DNA from: Chloroflexota bacterium
GTDB taxonomy: Bacteria; Chloroflexota; UBA6077; FW602-bin22; JACPRP01
Direction: 5' to 3'
NCBI GenBank assembly: GCA_023480885.1
Contig: JAMCWX010000072.1
Location: 10,628 to 74,627, forward strand
DNA length: 64,000 nt
In this document: positions 9,719 to 18,049 of the stretch, in pieces
Layout of the letters: every line of letters begins with the position of its first letter
Numbering within the stretch: the stretch's first letter is position 1
Program-made: the position numbers and the translations under genes
The notes under the pieces: generated by a model
What the model saw: only the letters and a program-made list of their open reading frames with translations
What the model was told of the DNA's origin: nothing
The model's database searches: none

Positions 9719-10486
9719 CTACTCCGCGGGACCAATAAGCTTGAAATATACGTACCCTGTCTTGTTCTCGAACTTAACCTCGTACCACCGCGACTCGGCG
9801 GGATCAACCGCTTCGCCCTTAACGACCCTGATGATCTCCACTTTGGTACCGTTGGGCAGGCTGCCCACCCACGCGGACTTCGTATTCGGCTGCTGGCGTA
9901 TTATCGCGCCACCGCTGCCGCTAGGCCTTGCCACAGCCCTGCCCGATAGAGCGGGTGATGTTGGGCCGGGTCCAGTAGTGGGAGTTGGCGGTGGGGGCGT
10001 GACCACAGAACTGGCAGCGGGCGCTCCAGCGGCGGGAGATGGGACGGACAGTTGCGTCGCGGTGGTTGTTGTCGGCGACACGCCGGGTGCGATGTTGGAC
10101 GCTACCGTGGGGCGTGAGGCCGCGGGCTCTCGTCCCAGCTTCAATGCCTCGCCCAGTTGCCTGAGATCCTTGGCTTGTTGCTGCTTCTTGCGGTCGCTGC
10201 TCTTCTCGTACCTGTCCGCCAGTTGAAGCATCGCCGAGGCAGGATCGCGGGGAGCGTACGAGTTGAGGTAGACCTTCATCGCTTCGAGGCTTTCTCCCTC
10301 GCCATAAAGCGTGGCGGCTAGAACAAGGTAGCTATCTTCTCGACTGCCTCGCAAAACGCCAGAAGGACTGCAACTATATAACGTGATGACGAGACCTATG
10401 ATTAGGCCGCCCAGCAAGGCACCGCCTAGGAGGGCAAACGGCCTCCAACTGTCGACATAGGTCACGGCCTGCTTTTCCCACTTCAT
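9719..10486 (-). CDS. Membrane-anchored protein with Pro/Thr linker and C-terminal bacterial SH3 domain
   Basis: TM helix, PT-rich linker, SH3b-like IRQQPNTKS...LPNGTKVEI...WYEV...GYV. Confidence 0.8.
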   Translation of the reverse strand: MKWEKQAVTYVDSWRPFALLGGALLGGLIIGLVITLYSCSPSGVLRGSREDSYLVLAATLYGEGESLEAMKVYLNSYAPRDPASAMLQLADRYEKSSDRKKQQQAKDLRQLGEALKLGREPAASRPTVASNIAPGVSPTTTTATQLSVPSPAAGAPAASSVVTPPPPTPTTGPGPTSPALSGRAVARPSGSGGAIIRQQPNTKSAWVGSLPNGTKVEIIRVVKGEAVDPAESRWYEVKFENKTGYVYFKLIGPAE

Positions 10487-10576
10487 TACCCTTCCCCTTC
10501 GAAGCAAGCCTGCAATTCGGTCGCGTTATTCTAACACAAAAAGGGGGAAAGGGGAAAGGCTATTTGTTCGATATAT

Positions 10577-11437
10577 CTACGACTTAAGGTGCAATGATTT
10601 CCACGGAATCAGAATGCGTTCGAGTTCGTCCAAAACCAGGGATGAGATATACCCGAGCACAGAGATAATGATCAATCCAACGTACATGGCCTCGACAGAG
10701 AATGTCTGCCAGGACTGCCAGATCAGATAGCCAATCCCTGATTTGGCGCCGACGAACTCCGCGGCCACTATAAGGAGCAGAGCCACGCCCCAGCCCAGAC
10801 GCAAGCCCGCGAAGATGAGTGGCAGGGCTCCTGGAAAGGCAATGGTCAGATACATATCCTTACGGCTGGCGCCGAAGTTCTTGCCCACGTCGAGATAGAT
10901 TTGCTCGATATTCATCACACCTGCCATCGTGTTGATTAGCACCAGGAAGAACACGCCGATGGCCACGATTACGTACTTCGACATTTCGCCCAGGCCAAAA
11001 ATGAGCATGATCAGAGGCAGAATGGCTATCTTCGGAATCGGATACGTGGCTGCGATCATCGGGTTGATGGCTGCGCGGATTATTGGCGATAGACCCATTA
11101 TGAGTCCAAGGATCAATGCCGGTGTCGATCCCAGGGCGAATCCCCAAAGTATTCGCACGATGCTTGCGCTCAGATGATTCCATAGCTCACCAGAGGCGAC
11201 CAGGGAGCCGAATGTACTGACAATGCCGGTGGGTGGTGGGAAGAATCGTGCGTCGAGCAAGCTTGTTCGAACCAGAACTTCCCAGAGCACTAGAAGGAGT
11301 AGTGGCGAGAAGATCGACAACAAACGTTCGGCAACATCTCCCCTGATGTGGACGCGTTGCTGCTTGGGCGCGCCCAGTGAGATTTCTCCTGGGTGGACTG
11401 CCACAACGTCGCCCTCGGCCAAACCCTGCATACTCAT
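10577..11437 (-). CDS. NitT/TauT-family ABC transporter permease
   Basis: FFPPP, PIPKIAILPL, FPGALPLIFAGLR, VAAEF...GIGYLI; start overlaps the ATPase stop (ATGA). Confidence 0.92.
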   Translation of the reverse strand: MSMQGLAEGDVVAVHPGEISLGAPKQQRVHIRGDVAERLLSIFSPLLLLVLWEVLVRTSLLDARFFPPPTGIVSTFGSLVASGELWNHLSASIVRILWGFALGSTPALILGLIMGLSPIIRAAINPMIAATYPIPKIAILPLIMLIFGLGEMSKYVIVAIGVFFLVLINTMAGVMNIEQIYLDVGKNFGASRKDMYLTIAFPGALPLIFAGLRLGWGVALLLIVAAEFVGAKSGIGYLIWQSWQTFSVEAMYVGLIIISVLGYISSLVLDELERILIPWKSLHLKS

Positions 11438-12294
11438 TCTGTCCCCTCCTCTCTCTTGGCCTTCAGAACTTCGTCTCGCAAAAGGTCCCATATCTTATAA
11501 GCTAACTCGCCGTACTTAGGTTGTGCTCTGAGTTCGTACACCTTTCTCGGACGTGGAAAATCGACTCTAACGTCAGCCTTTACCCTACCGGGGTGGGCTG
11601 TCATAACGATTACACGATCTCCGAGAACGATCGCTTCGTCGATACTATGGGTGATGAAGATAACTGTCTTGCGCGTTTCTTCCCAAATGCGCAGGAGTTC
11701 TTCCTGCAGCAGGACCTTGTTCTGCTCGTCCAGAGCCGCAAATGGCTCGTCCATCAAGAGAACCTCTGGGTCGTTGGCGAAAGCCCTTGCCACGCTCACC
11801 CTTTGCTTCATCCCGCCTGATAACTGATGCGGATATGCTTTGGCGAACTTCAGCAATCCGATCTTTCTGACGTAAAAATCTACCTTTTCTGCGCTCTCTT
11901 TCCTGTCGACGCCTCGCATTCGCAACCCATAGGCGATGTTGTCCTGAACTGTCATCCACGGGAATACCGACTGCTCCTGGAAAATCATGGAGTTCATCGG
12001 CTTGCTCTTGTCTCTCTGTGTCATAATGATATTGCCCTCGCTGGCTGTCTCAAGTCCGGCGAGGATACGCAGCAGAGTTGTCTTGCCGCAGCCGCTGGGG
12101 CCCACTATGCAGAGGAACTCGCCATCGGGGATGGTTATGTTCACATTGTCCAGCGCGGTCACCTTGCCGTGGCCGACATCGAAAATCTTGTACAGCCCTT
12201 CGATACGAACCTTTGCTGGTGCCCTGGTCACAGCCGTTGCTTTGGTGCCTTCGCTCGTTTTTCCGTTGGCCTGGGTCATTTTCGCTTGCTTCAC
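11434..12294 (-). CDS. NitT/TauT-family ABC transporter ATP-binding protein
   Basis: GPSGCGKT, LSGGMKQR, LLMDEPF, THSIDEA, FPRPR. Confidence 0.93.
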   Translation of the reverse strand: MKQAKMTQANGKTSEGTKATAVTRAPAKVRIEGLYKIFDVGHGKVTALDNVNITIPDGEFLCIVGPSGCGKTTLLRILAGLETASEGNIIMTQRDKSKPMNSMIFQEQSVFPWMTVQDNIAYGLRMRGVDRKESAEKVDFYVRKIGLLKFAKAYPHQLSGGMKQRVSVARAFANDPEVLLMDEPFAALDEQNKVLLQEELLRIWEETRKTVIFITHSIDEAIVLGDRVIVMTAHPGRVKADVRVDFPRPRKVYELRAQPKYGELAYKIWDLLRDEVLKAKREEGTE

Positions 12295-12577
12295 TCCTTC
12301 CTGCTAAAGGGCGTCTTGGCCGAAGTTCACTGGCCAAGACCCTAGTTACGAGAAAACCTGGTGAAAACCGATTTCTGATCAGGGCGATTCTGAGTTGTTT
12401 GAGCCCCCTGCTACAGCAATGGGTAGGGGAGTCTGGATGGTTATCGCGAAAGTATACTCAGCAGCGGTGCGGACAACAGAGCGAAGACCTGGCCACGTAG
12501 GCAGGCAACTGGCTGCCGTCTCTGGGCTTTACGTCATCAGGGCAGCGGCAAGTGGTCGACGATGACCACGTGGCCTC

Positions 12578-12606
12578 AGATTAGCACGAAACGCTACATT
12601 AGTCAA
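12578..12606 (-). promoter_or_regulatory. Probable sigma70 promoter giving a ~280-nt leader to the ABC genes
   Basis: Minus strand TTGACT, 17 bp spacer, TAATCT, with extended TG. Confidence 0.55.
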
Positions 12607-12662
12607 GGTTCAGGGGATCGGGGTACTGTACGCAAGACTGCGGAAATACGATTGGATCCGCG

Positions 12663-12792
12663 CGCGCCGCTTCGCCCGCCCCATCCCATGTGCATCACCT
12701 GCGCCCATCTCATTGTGCATCAGGCGGCCCCGTCTCACGTGCAAAAGGGGCCGCCTATCCCGGAGGGGAAAGGGGGCGGGCGAAGCGGCGCG
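12663..12792. repeat. 130-bp element bounded by a perfect 20-bp inverted repeat, with an internal 10-bp hairpin
   Basis: CGCGCCGCTTCGCCCGCCCC (12663-82) / GGGGCGGGCGAAGCGGCGCG (12773-92); AGGCGGCCCC/GGGGCCGCCT inside. Confidence 0.8.
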
Positions 12793-12872
12793 ATCCGACC
12801 TGCGTGCGAACTTCCATTGGTTGACGCCTGTGCTAGAATGTATTCATCACAGCGTTTGAGCGAGGTAAGAGA

Positions 12873-13409
12873 ATGCCCATTTATGAATTCGAAGGCAAGA
12901 GGCCAGCTATCGGCGCGAGGTCGTTCGTCCATCCCGAAGCCGTGATGATAGGGGATGTTGTGATTGGCGAGGGGTGTTATATCGCCGCCGGCGCCGTTCT
13001 CAGAGGCGATTGGTGCCGAATCCGAGTCGGCAATCGCTGCAACATTCAGGATAACTGCGTTATCCACGCAGCTCCCGACAGGGAGGCAGTGCTCGGCGAC
13101 AATTGCCACATCGGCCATGGCGCTATAGTCCACGAAGCTTTGCTAGGAAACCACGTTCTTGTAGGAATGGGTGCTGTCGTCCAGGACGGAGCCCGCGTGG
13201 GCGATGACGCAATCGTCGGCGCTGGCTGTGTCATACTTGTCGGCAAGGAGATTCCACCTAGAAAAGTGGTCGTCGGCGTGCCAGGCGAAGTCGTCGGGGA
13301 TGTGAGCGAAGAACGGGCGAAAGCCTCCTGGGCGGGCACCCAACTGTACCAGGCATTACCGTCCCGCTACCAGAAGGCTTTCCGAGAGATTAAGCCTGAT
13401 GAGCTTTAG
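12873..13409 (+). CDS. Gamma-class carbonic anhydrase family protein (CaiE/PaaY/YrdA-like)
   Basis: Hexapeptide repeats, LRGD, NIQDNCVIH, IGHGAIVH (three metal-binding His). Confidence 0.9.
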   Translation: MPIYEFEGKRPAIGARSFVHPEAVMIGDVVIGEGCYIAAGAVLRGDWCRIRVGNRCNIQDNCVIHAAPDREAVLGDNCHIGHGAIVHEALLGNHVLVGMGAVVQDGARVGDDAIVGAGCVILVGKEIPPRKVVVGVPGEVVGDVSEERAKASWAGTQLYQALPSRYQKAFREIKPDEL

Positions 13410-13561
13410 AACCAGCGGTCATCAATCTCTTTGGCGTCTGCCACTTTGAAGGATTGCTGGCAGAACGGGCAAATCAACTCGACGTCGGTGAAGCGAAGAC
13501 CGTAGTCAGCGTAGAATCTGCCGCTGCAGTCAGGGCATTTGACCCAAAAGATCCTTTCCAA
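13406..13561 (-). CDS. Small 51-aa zinc-ribbon protein, absent from the ORF track
   Basis: TTG start after AAGGAG; MERIFWVKCPDCSGRFYADYGLRFTDVELICPFCQQSFKVADAKEIDDRWF; two CxxC; 30 bp downstream of UbiD on the same strand. Confidence 0.8.
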   Translation of the reverse strand: MERIFWVKCPDCSGRFYADYGLRFTDVELICPFCQQSFKVADAKEIDDRWF

Positions 13562-13591
13562 CTTGCTGTCTCCTTGATCGAAAAGTAAGGG

Positions 13592-14986
13592 CTAGCTGAG
13601 CCATTCTTCCAGCTTAATTCTCGCCATCGCCTCTTCGGGCACCCTCAGGCGCTCGGGGAACGCAATGTCCAGCGGACGCGTGGCGTCGATGATCACTTTC
13701 CCGTGTCCCATCGCCGTTGTAAAGAAGTTGTGAGCATTGTCTATGAAATCGACATCGCGTCTCGGGTTTGTCGAGGTGAGCACAGCCCAGACGACATCGC
13801 CCTCGTTGAAAACGTCGATATCGTCGTCGACGACTATGACCCACTGGAGAAGCTTGGTGTGCGTTAGGGCTTCCATCGCAACCATCTTCGCTTGTCCTTC
13901 ATGCTGCTTCTTGATCGAGATGTAACAGGCGAAGCGACCGCAACCTGAGTGAGGCAAATGCACCGCCTTGACGTTTCCAAACTTCGTCTCTATGGCGTTG
14001 TAGATGCTTCCCTCTTTGGGAATGCCGCCGAGATTCCAATGCCCCTGGTGGCCCGAGAAGATATCTTGCATCTTTGCCTTCTGGCGATACGTCATCGCCG
14101 TGACGTTCATTATGGGTCTGAGACACTGGGCCTGATAATGGCGGGTGACCTCGCCAAAGGGATTCAAGATCTCGCGCACTCCAGGGGGAATCTCTCCTTC
14201 GATGATGATCTCGGCGTCGGCAGGCACCAGAAAGTCCCTGCCCCACGTTTCCGAAGGTGTTAAGCGCAGGGGCTCGCCCATAAAGGAACTAAGGGCCGCG
14301 TAATCATCCGTACCCCACGGAGCTAGGCTGAGAGAGCCGAGATAGAACGCGGGGTGATGGCCAAGTATATTGATGATGGGAGCGGGCTGCCCGCGCTTCT
14401 CGTACTTGGCCAGCATGCGCTCGAGATGCGGCGAGTGTATGGCTACGCCTAGCTTGCGAGCCTCCTTGTATGGCGTCTTGACGAAAGAAATGTCGTAGGC
14501 ACCCGTGTCGGGATCCTTCATGGCGCATACCATCGTCATCACCGGTTCGAGATCCATTTCAAAATGGCGAACTATAGGCAGCTTGCGCACGTCGACTCGA
14601 TCTCCGACATCGACCACTTCCTTGACGGGCGCGTTTTCCCTGGCAATAGTAATGGTCCCCGCCTTGCCCTCTATTGCCAGACGTTCTTTTTTCGCGAACT
14701 CAAGGCTCAGCGGCATCTTATACTGATCGCGCGGGAAGTCGAGGATAGTCGCGCAGCGCTCTCGGGTGCCGAAAACGTTAGAAACGATAGAGAACTGCGA
14801 CTTGTCGCCGAGCAGATTCTCGGCGGAGTCGAAGACTACCAGAGGGTATCGGTTCGCCTGAGTTAGATGTTCGAGAATAGCGGTCACATCATAATTCGAA
14901 GGTTTGACCGTGCGATTCACTTCCACTACGTCATCGGGAAAGGACTCCTTGAGCCTGTTGATGAAGCTGCTAAGATCCTTGGCCAT
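13592..14986 (-). CDS. UbiD-family prFMN-dependent (de)carboxylase with atypical catalytic residues
   Basis: KDPDTG, VPADAEIIIEG, PFGE, VVDDDID, IIDATRP. Confidence 0.9.
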   Translation of the reverse strand: MAKDLSSFINRLKESFPDDVVEVNRTVKPSNYDVTAILEHLTQANRYPLVVFDSAENLLGDKSQFSIVSNVFGTRERCATILDFPRDQYKMPLSLEFAKKERLAIEGKAGTITIARENAPVKEVVDVGDRVDVRKLPIVRHFEMDLEPVMTMVCAMKDPDTGAYDISFVKTPYKEARKLGVAIHSPHLERMLAKYEKRGQPAPIINILGHHPAFYLGSLSLAPWGTDDYAALSSFMGEPLRLTPSETWGRDFLVPADAEIIIEGEIPPGVREILNPFGEVTRHYQAQCLRPIMNVTAMTYRQKAKMQDIFSGHQGHWNLGGIPKEGSIYNAIETKFGNVKAVHLPHSGCGRFACYISIKKQHEGQAKMVAMEALTHTKLLQWVIVVDDDIDVFNEGDVVWAVLTSTNPRRDVDFIDNAHNFFTTAMGHGKVIIDATRPLDIAFPERLRVPEEAMARIKLEEWLS

Positions 14987-15139
14987 TTCCGAGCGTTCTA
15001 CCTCCTTAATGCCGAGATACGATGAAGCTTAACCGGAGCGGCCTGAAGATGGGGTTATAATCGAAGATCGTGAATGCAGTATAAGCTTAGGGCAGAGCCG
15101 CTGTCAATGGCCGAGTGATGACGTAAGGGAAACGACACT

Positions 15140-15892
15140 CTAGCCGATCAACGCTCGCAGGCGTTCTGGGTAGTTGGTCCCGATGCCATCCACGACCAGG
15201 CTCAGGACGTATTGCATGTCGGTGACTTCATTCACAACCCACGTGTGCACGGCGAGGTTGCTCTGGTGAGCTCTTGCCACTATGTCGGGGGTCACATAGG
15301 CCCACGCCGGCAAGATAACGTTTGCGTTAGCAGCCACTGCCATCGCGACGATGTCGATAGGCCGCGCGGCCAGGAGAATGCCCGTCGCTACAGTCGGCTC
15401 GATTTCCTTCACCCTTCGCACGCTAAAGTGGTCGAAAGATATCACCACTGCCGTGTCGATCATTTGGGAACCACGCAGCGCGTCGACGACGCGCTCTTCT
15501 ATCCCCGGGTAATATATCGGCCCGTTCTTGATCTCTATGGCTATCCTCGTCTTGCCTTTCGCCCATTCCAGCACCTCGTTCAACGTGGGAATGACCTCTC
15601 CGGCGAAGCCCCTTCCGAACCAGGAGCCTGCGTCGAGGGACTTGAGTTCTTTGAGCGTTTTGTCTCTTATGAGGCCTGTGCCGTTGGTCGTTCGATTCAC
15701 AGCGTGGTCGTGCATCACAATCACGTGGCCGTCTTTGCTGAGGTGCACGTCGAATTCTATGATGTCAGCCCCCAACTCCAGACCTTTGCGGAAAGAGGCC
15801 ATGGTGTTCTCAGGTGCGTGCCCCATCGCACCCCTGTGCCCAATGATCGATACCTTTCCAGTTGGAGACCAGGCATTTTGACTATATGTCAC
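15140..15892 (-). CDS. Glycerophosphodiester phosphodiesterase
   Basis: IGHRGA, PENT, IEFDVHLSKDG, HD, IEIK, IGTNYP; GTG start inferred. Confidence 0.93.
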   Translation of the reverse strand: MTYSQNAWSPTGKVSIIGHRGAMGHAPENTMASFRKGLELGADIIEFDVHLSKDGHVIVMHDHAVNRTTNGTGLIRDKTLKELKSLDAGSWFGRGFAGEVIPTLNEVLEWAKGKTRIAIEIKNGPIYYPGIEERVVDALRGSQMIDTAVVISFDHFSVRRVKEIEPTVATGILLAARPIDIVAMAVAANANVILPAWAYVTPDIVARAHQSNLAVHTWVVNEVTDMQYVLSLVVDGIGTNYPERLRALIG

Positions 15893-16123
15893 TATGCATC
15901 TCCCGCGTCGCAATCTTGACCTTGTGTCCGGCAAGGCTCGGCCGTCTTGGCGCCCCGAAGAGGGCAGCGTTTCCAATGGCGAACCTTGTGTTCGCTCTTG
16001 TGCGACTGACTCTGTTACGGCGATTATATACCTATACGGTCGGTTGCAAAAGTAACAGTTGTGTCATACAATCGAAGTATAGGGGTCTTGGTGGTCGTGG
16101 AGTAGTGCCAGAGGTGAAAGGCT

Positions 16124-16555
16124 ATGGCTCAAATGCCGAAGATTCTGGTGATCGACGACGATCCTGATCTCGTCGAATCGTGGCGGCTGGTTCTCGAAGC
16201 CAGTTCCTACAGCGTTGTCTCCGCAGGCTCTAGCGAAGAGGGGATGCAGAAAACCGAGCGCGAGAAGCCGGATCTTGTTCTGCTGGACGTGATGATGCCG
16301 GAAGGCACCGAAGGGTTCCATTTCGTTTGGAAGCTGCGAAACCATCGTCAGGCGGCGCTCCGCCAGATACCCATCATCGTTGTTACCTCCATCCATCGCA
16401 CTACCGATATCCGCCTCCATCCCGACCAGCCGGACGCGGCTTACGAACCGGGCGAGTTCCTTCCCGTGCAAGGTTTTCTCGACAAGCCGGTCGAGCCCAG
16501 CGAGCTTGTTAAGTGGGTTGGCGAGGTTATTTCCAAGGGATGGAAGCCGAGCTAG
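16124..16555 (+). CDS. Single-domain response regulator (receiver only)
   Basis: ILVIDDD, LLDVMMP (phospho-acceptor Asp), VTS, LDKP; no output domain. Confidence 0.9.
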   Translation: MAQMPKILVIDDDPDLVESWRLVLEASSYSVVSAGSSEEGMQKTEREKPDLVLLDVMMPEGTEGFHFVWKLRNHRQAALRQIPIIVVTSIHRTTDIRLHPDQPDAAYEPGEFLPVQGFLDKPVEPSELVKWVGEVISKGWKPS

Positions 16556-18030
16556 GGCTATCCGACTCGGTGGAGAGGCTGCGGTGGTTCATAAAGTTGC
16601 GCTGGTTGGCAGCGGTGGGAATTGCCGTTGCTGCCTTGCCTGCGCGCGTCATCGGCATTGATTTGAACCCTTTGCCTTTGCTTGCCATAGCCGCTTTTAT
16701 TGTCGGCTACAACCTGGCGCTCTGGTTGCTTGTCCGTCGCCTCGCCCCAAGTTCGTCTAAGACAAAGCAGTTGCACCTGGGAACTGCGGGCCTCGGAGTG
16801 GTTGGAACTGCCACGAATGCGCAGATCGCGCTGGATCTCATCGCTCTTACCGTGGTTTTGCATTTCACTGGCGGCGTGACGAATCCGTTCTATCTCTACT
16901 ACACTTTTCATATCATCACGGCCAGCATCCTCTTGTCGGCAACCTCCACGTTCCTGCAAACAGGGTTAGCAGTGGCTTTGTTCACGGCGATGGCGCTGGC
17001 AGAGCTAGCCGGGACAATTCCTCACGTGCCGCTGCGAAATGCCTTCGATGGGCAGGAATACCGCCAGCCTGGCTACGTTGGCATCGTAGTGCTTGCCCTT
17101 GCCAGCACCTTGATTCTGGCCGCGGCGCTAGCCACCTCGATCGTCGGCAAATTGAGGGCAAGGGAAAGAGAGACGTTTCAGCTCAAGGAGAAGCTAGAAC
17201 GGGAGATGTTGGAGACACAACGCTCTTGCGAGCGCCTCAGGGAGGTGGAGAAGCTCAAGTCTCAGTATATGCGGAAAGCAAGCCACGAGTTGAAGGCGCC
17301 ACTGGATACTGTCGAAAGCCAGCTTTCGGTTATCGTCGAAGGGTTCGCTGGCGATCTGCCAGATAAGCCTCGCGAGCTCCTGCGGAGGGCGATTTCCAGG
17401 TTGCGAGAACTCAGAGCGCTCGTCAACGATCTGCTCACGCTTTCGCGGTCGCAGCGGCCAGTTGTATACGACGCGAGAGAGCCGATCGATGTCGAGCGCG
17501 AAATCCGCGATGTCCTTGCTTCATTCGCAGAGCAGGTCAAAGAGAGGGGCATAGGTCTCAGTTGCAGCGTTGATGCTTCAGTGTCTGAATTCTATGGCGA
17601 CCCCGAGGGCATAAGAAATCTGTTGTCGAACCTCGTCTCAAACGCGGTGCGATATACCGGGGCCGATGGAAGGGTGCTGGTGTGTGCCGACGCCGATGCC
17701 AAGCATCTGCACCTGACCGTCTCCGATACGGGCATAGGCATCAGCCCTGAGGGTAAAGCGCGGATTTTCGATGAATTTTTTCGTGCGAAAGAGGCTCGAG
17801 AGATGGTCAAAGATGGTAGTGGCCTGGGTCTTGCAATAGTTAAGGCTATCGTCGACGCGCACGGGGGCTCGATTCGCGTGGACAGTGAGCCTGGCAAAGG
17901 CACGGTCTTTGCCGTACGGTTGCCGCTTCGGCGTGCGGCGACTGATGAATTCAGGGATTCGATGGCTATTGAAATTGCGGATACAGCGTCGAGTTTACAG
18001 GTGGGGAATCAAGCTCAGGGAGCGCACTGA
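16540..18030 (+). CDS. Multi-TM sensor histidine kinase with a RegB-like membrane domain
   Basis: About 6 TM helices, GGVTNPF, H-box SHELKAPL, N-box NLVSNAVRY, DTGIGI, GSGLGL. Confidence 0.9.
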   Translation: MEAELGLSDSVERLRWFIKLRWLAAVGIAVAALPARVIGIDLNPLPLLAIAAFIVGYNLALWLLVRRLAPSSSKTKQLHLGTAGLGVVGTATNAQIALDLIALTVVLHFTGGVTNPFYLYYTFHIITASILLSATSTFLQTGLAVALFTAMALAELAGTIPHVPLRNAFDGQEYRQPGYVGIVVLALASTLILAAALATSIVGKLRARERETFQLKEKLEREMLETQRSCERLREVEKLKSQYMRKASHELKAPLDTVESQLSVIVEGFAGDLPDKPRELLRRAISRLRELRALVNDLLTLSRSQRPVVYDAREPIDVEREIRDVLASFAEQVKERGIGLSCSVDASVSEFYGDPEGIRNLLSNLVSNAVRYTGADGRVLVCADADAKHLHLTVSDTGIGISPEGKARIFDEFFRAKEAREMVKDGSGLGLAIVKAIVDAHGGSIRVDSEPGKGTVFAVRLPLRRAATDEFRDSMAIEIADTASSLQVGNQAQGAH

Positions 18031-18049
18031 ATCGTGAGGGAGTAAGCAC

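Noticed and set aside
12510..12546. CTGATGA on the minus strand suggesting a hammerhead ribozyme or fluoride riboswitch
   Set aside because: No GAAA core or stem II/III arrangement, and no GGNGAUGG 5' element
12562..12945. 127-aa ORF across the intergenic inverted repeat
   Set aside because: Runs through promoters and the GC-rich inverted repeat and overlaps gamma-CA; likely spurious
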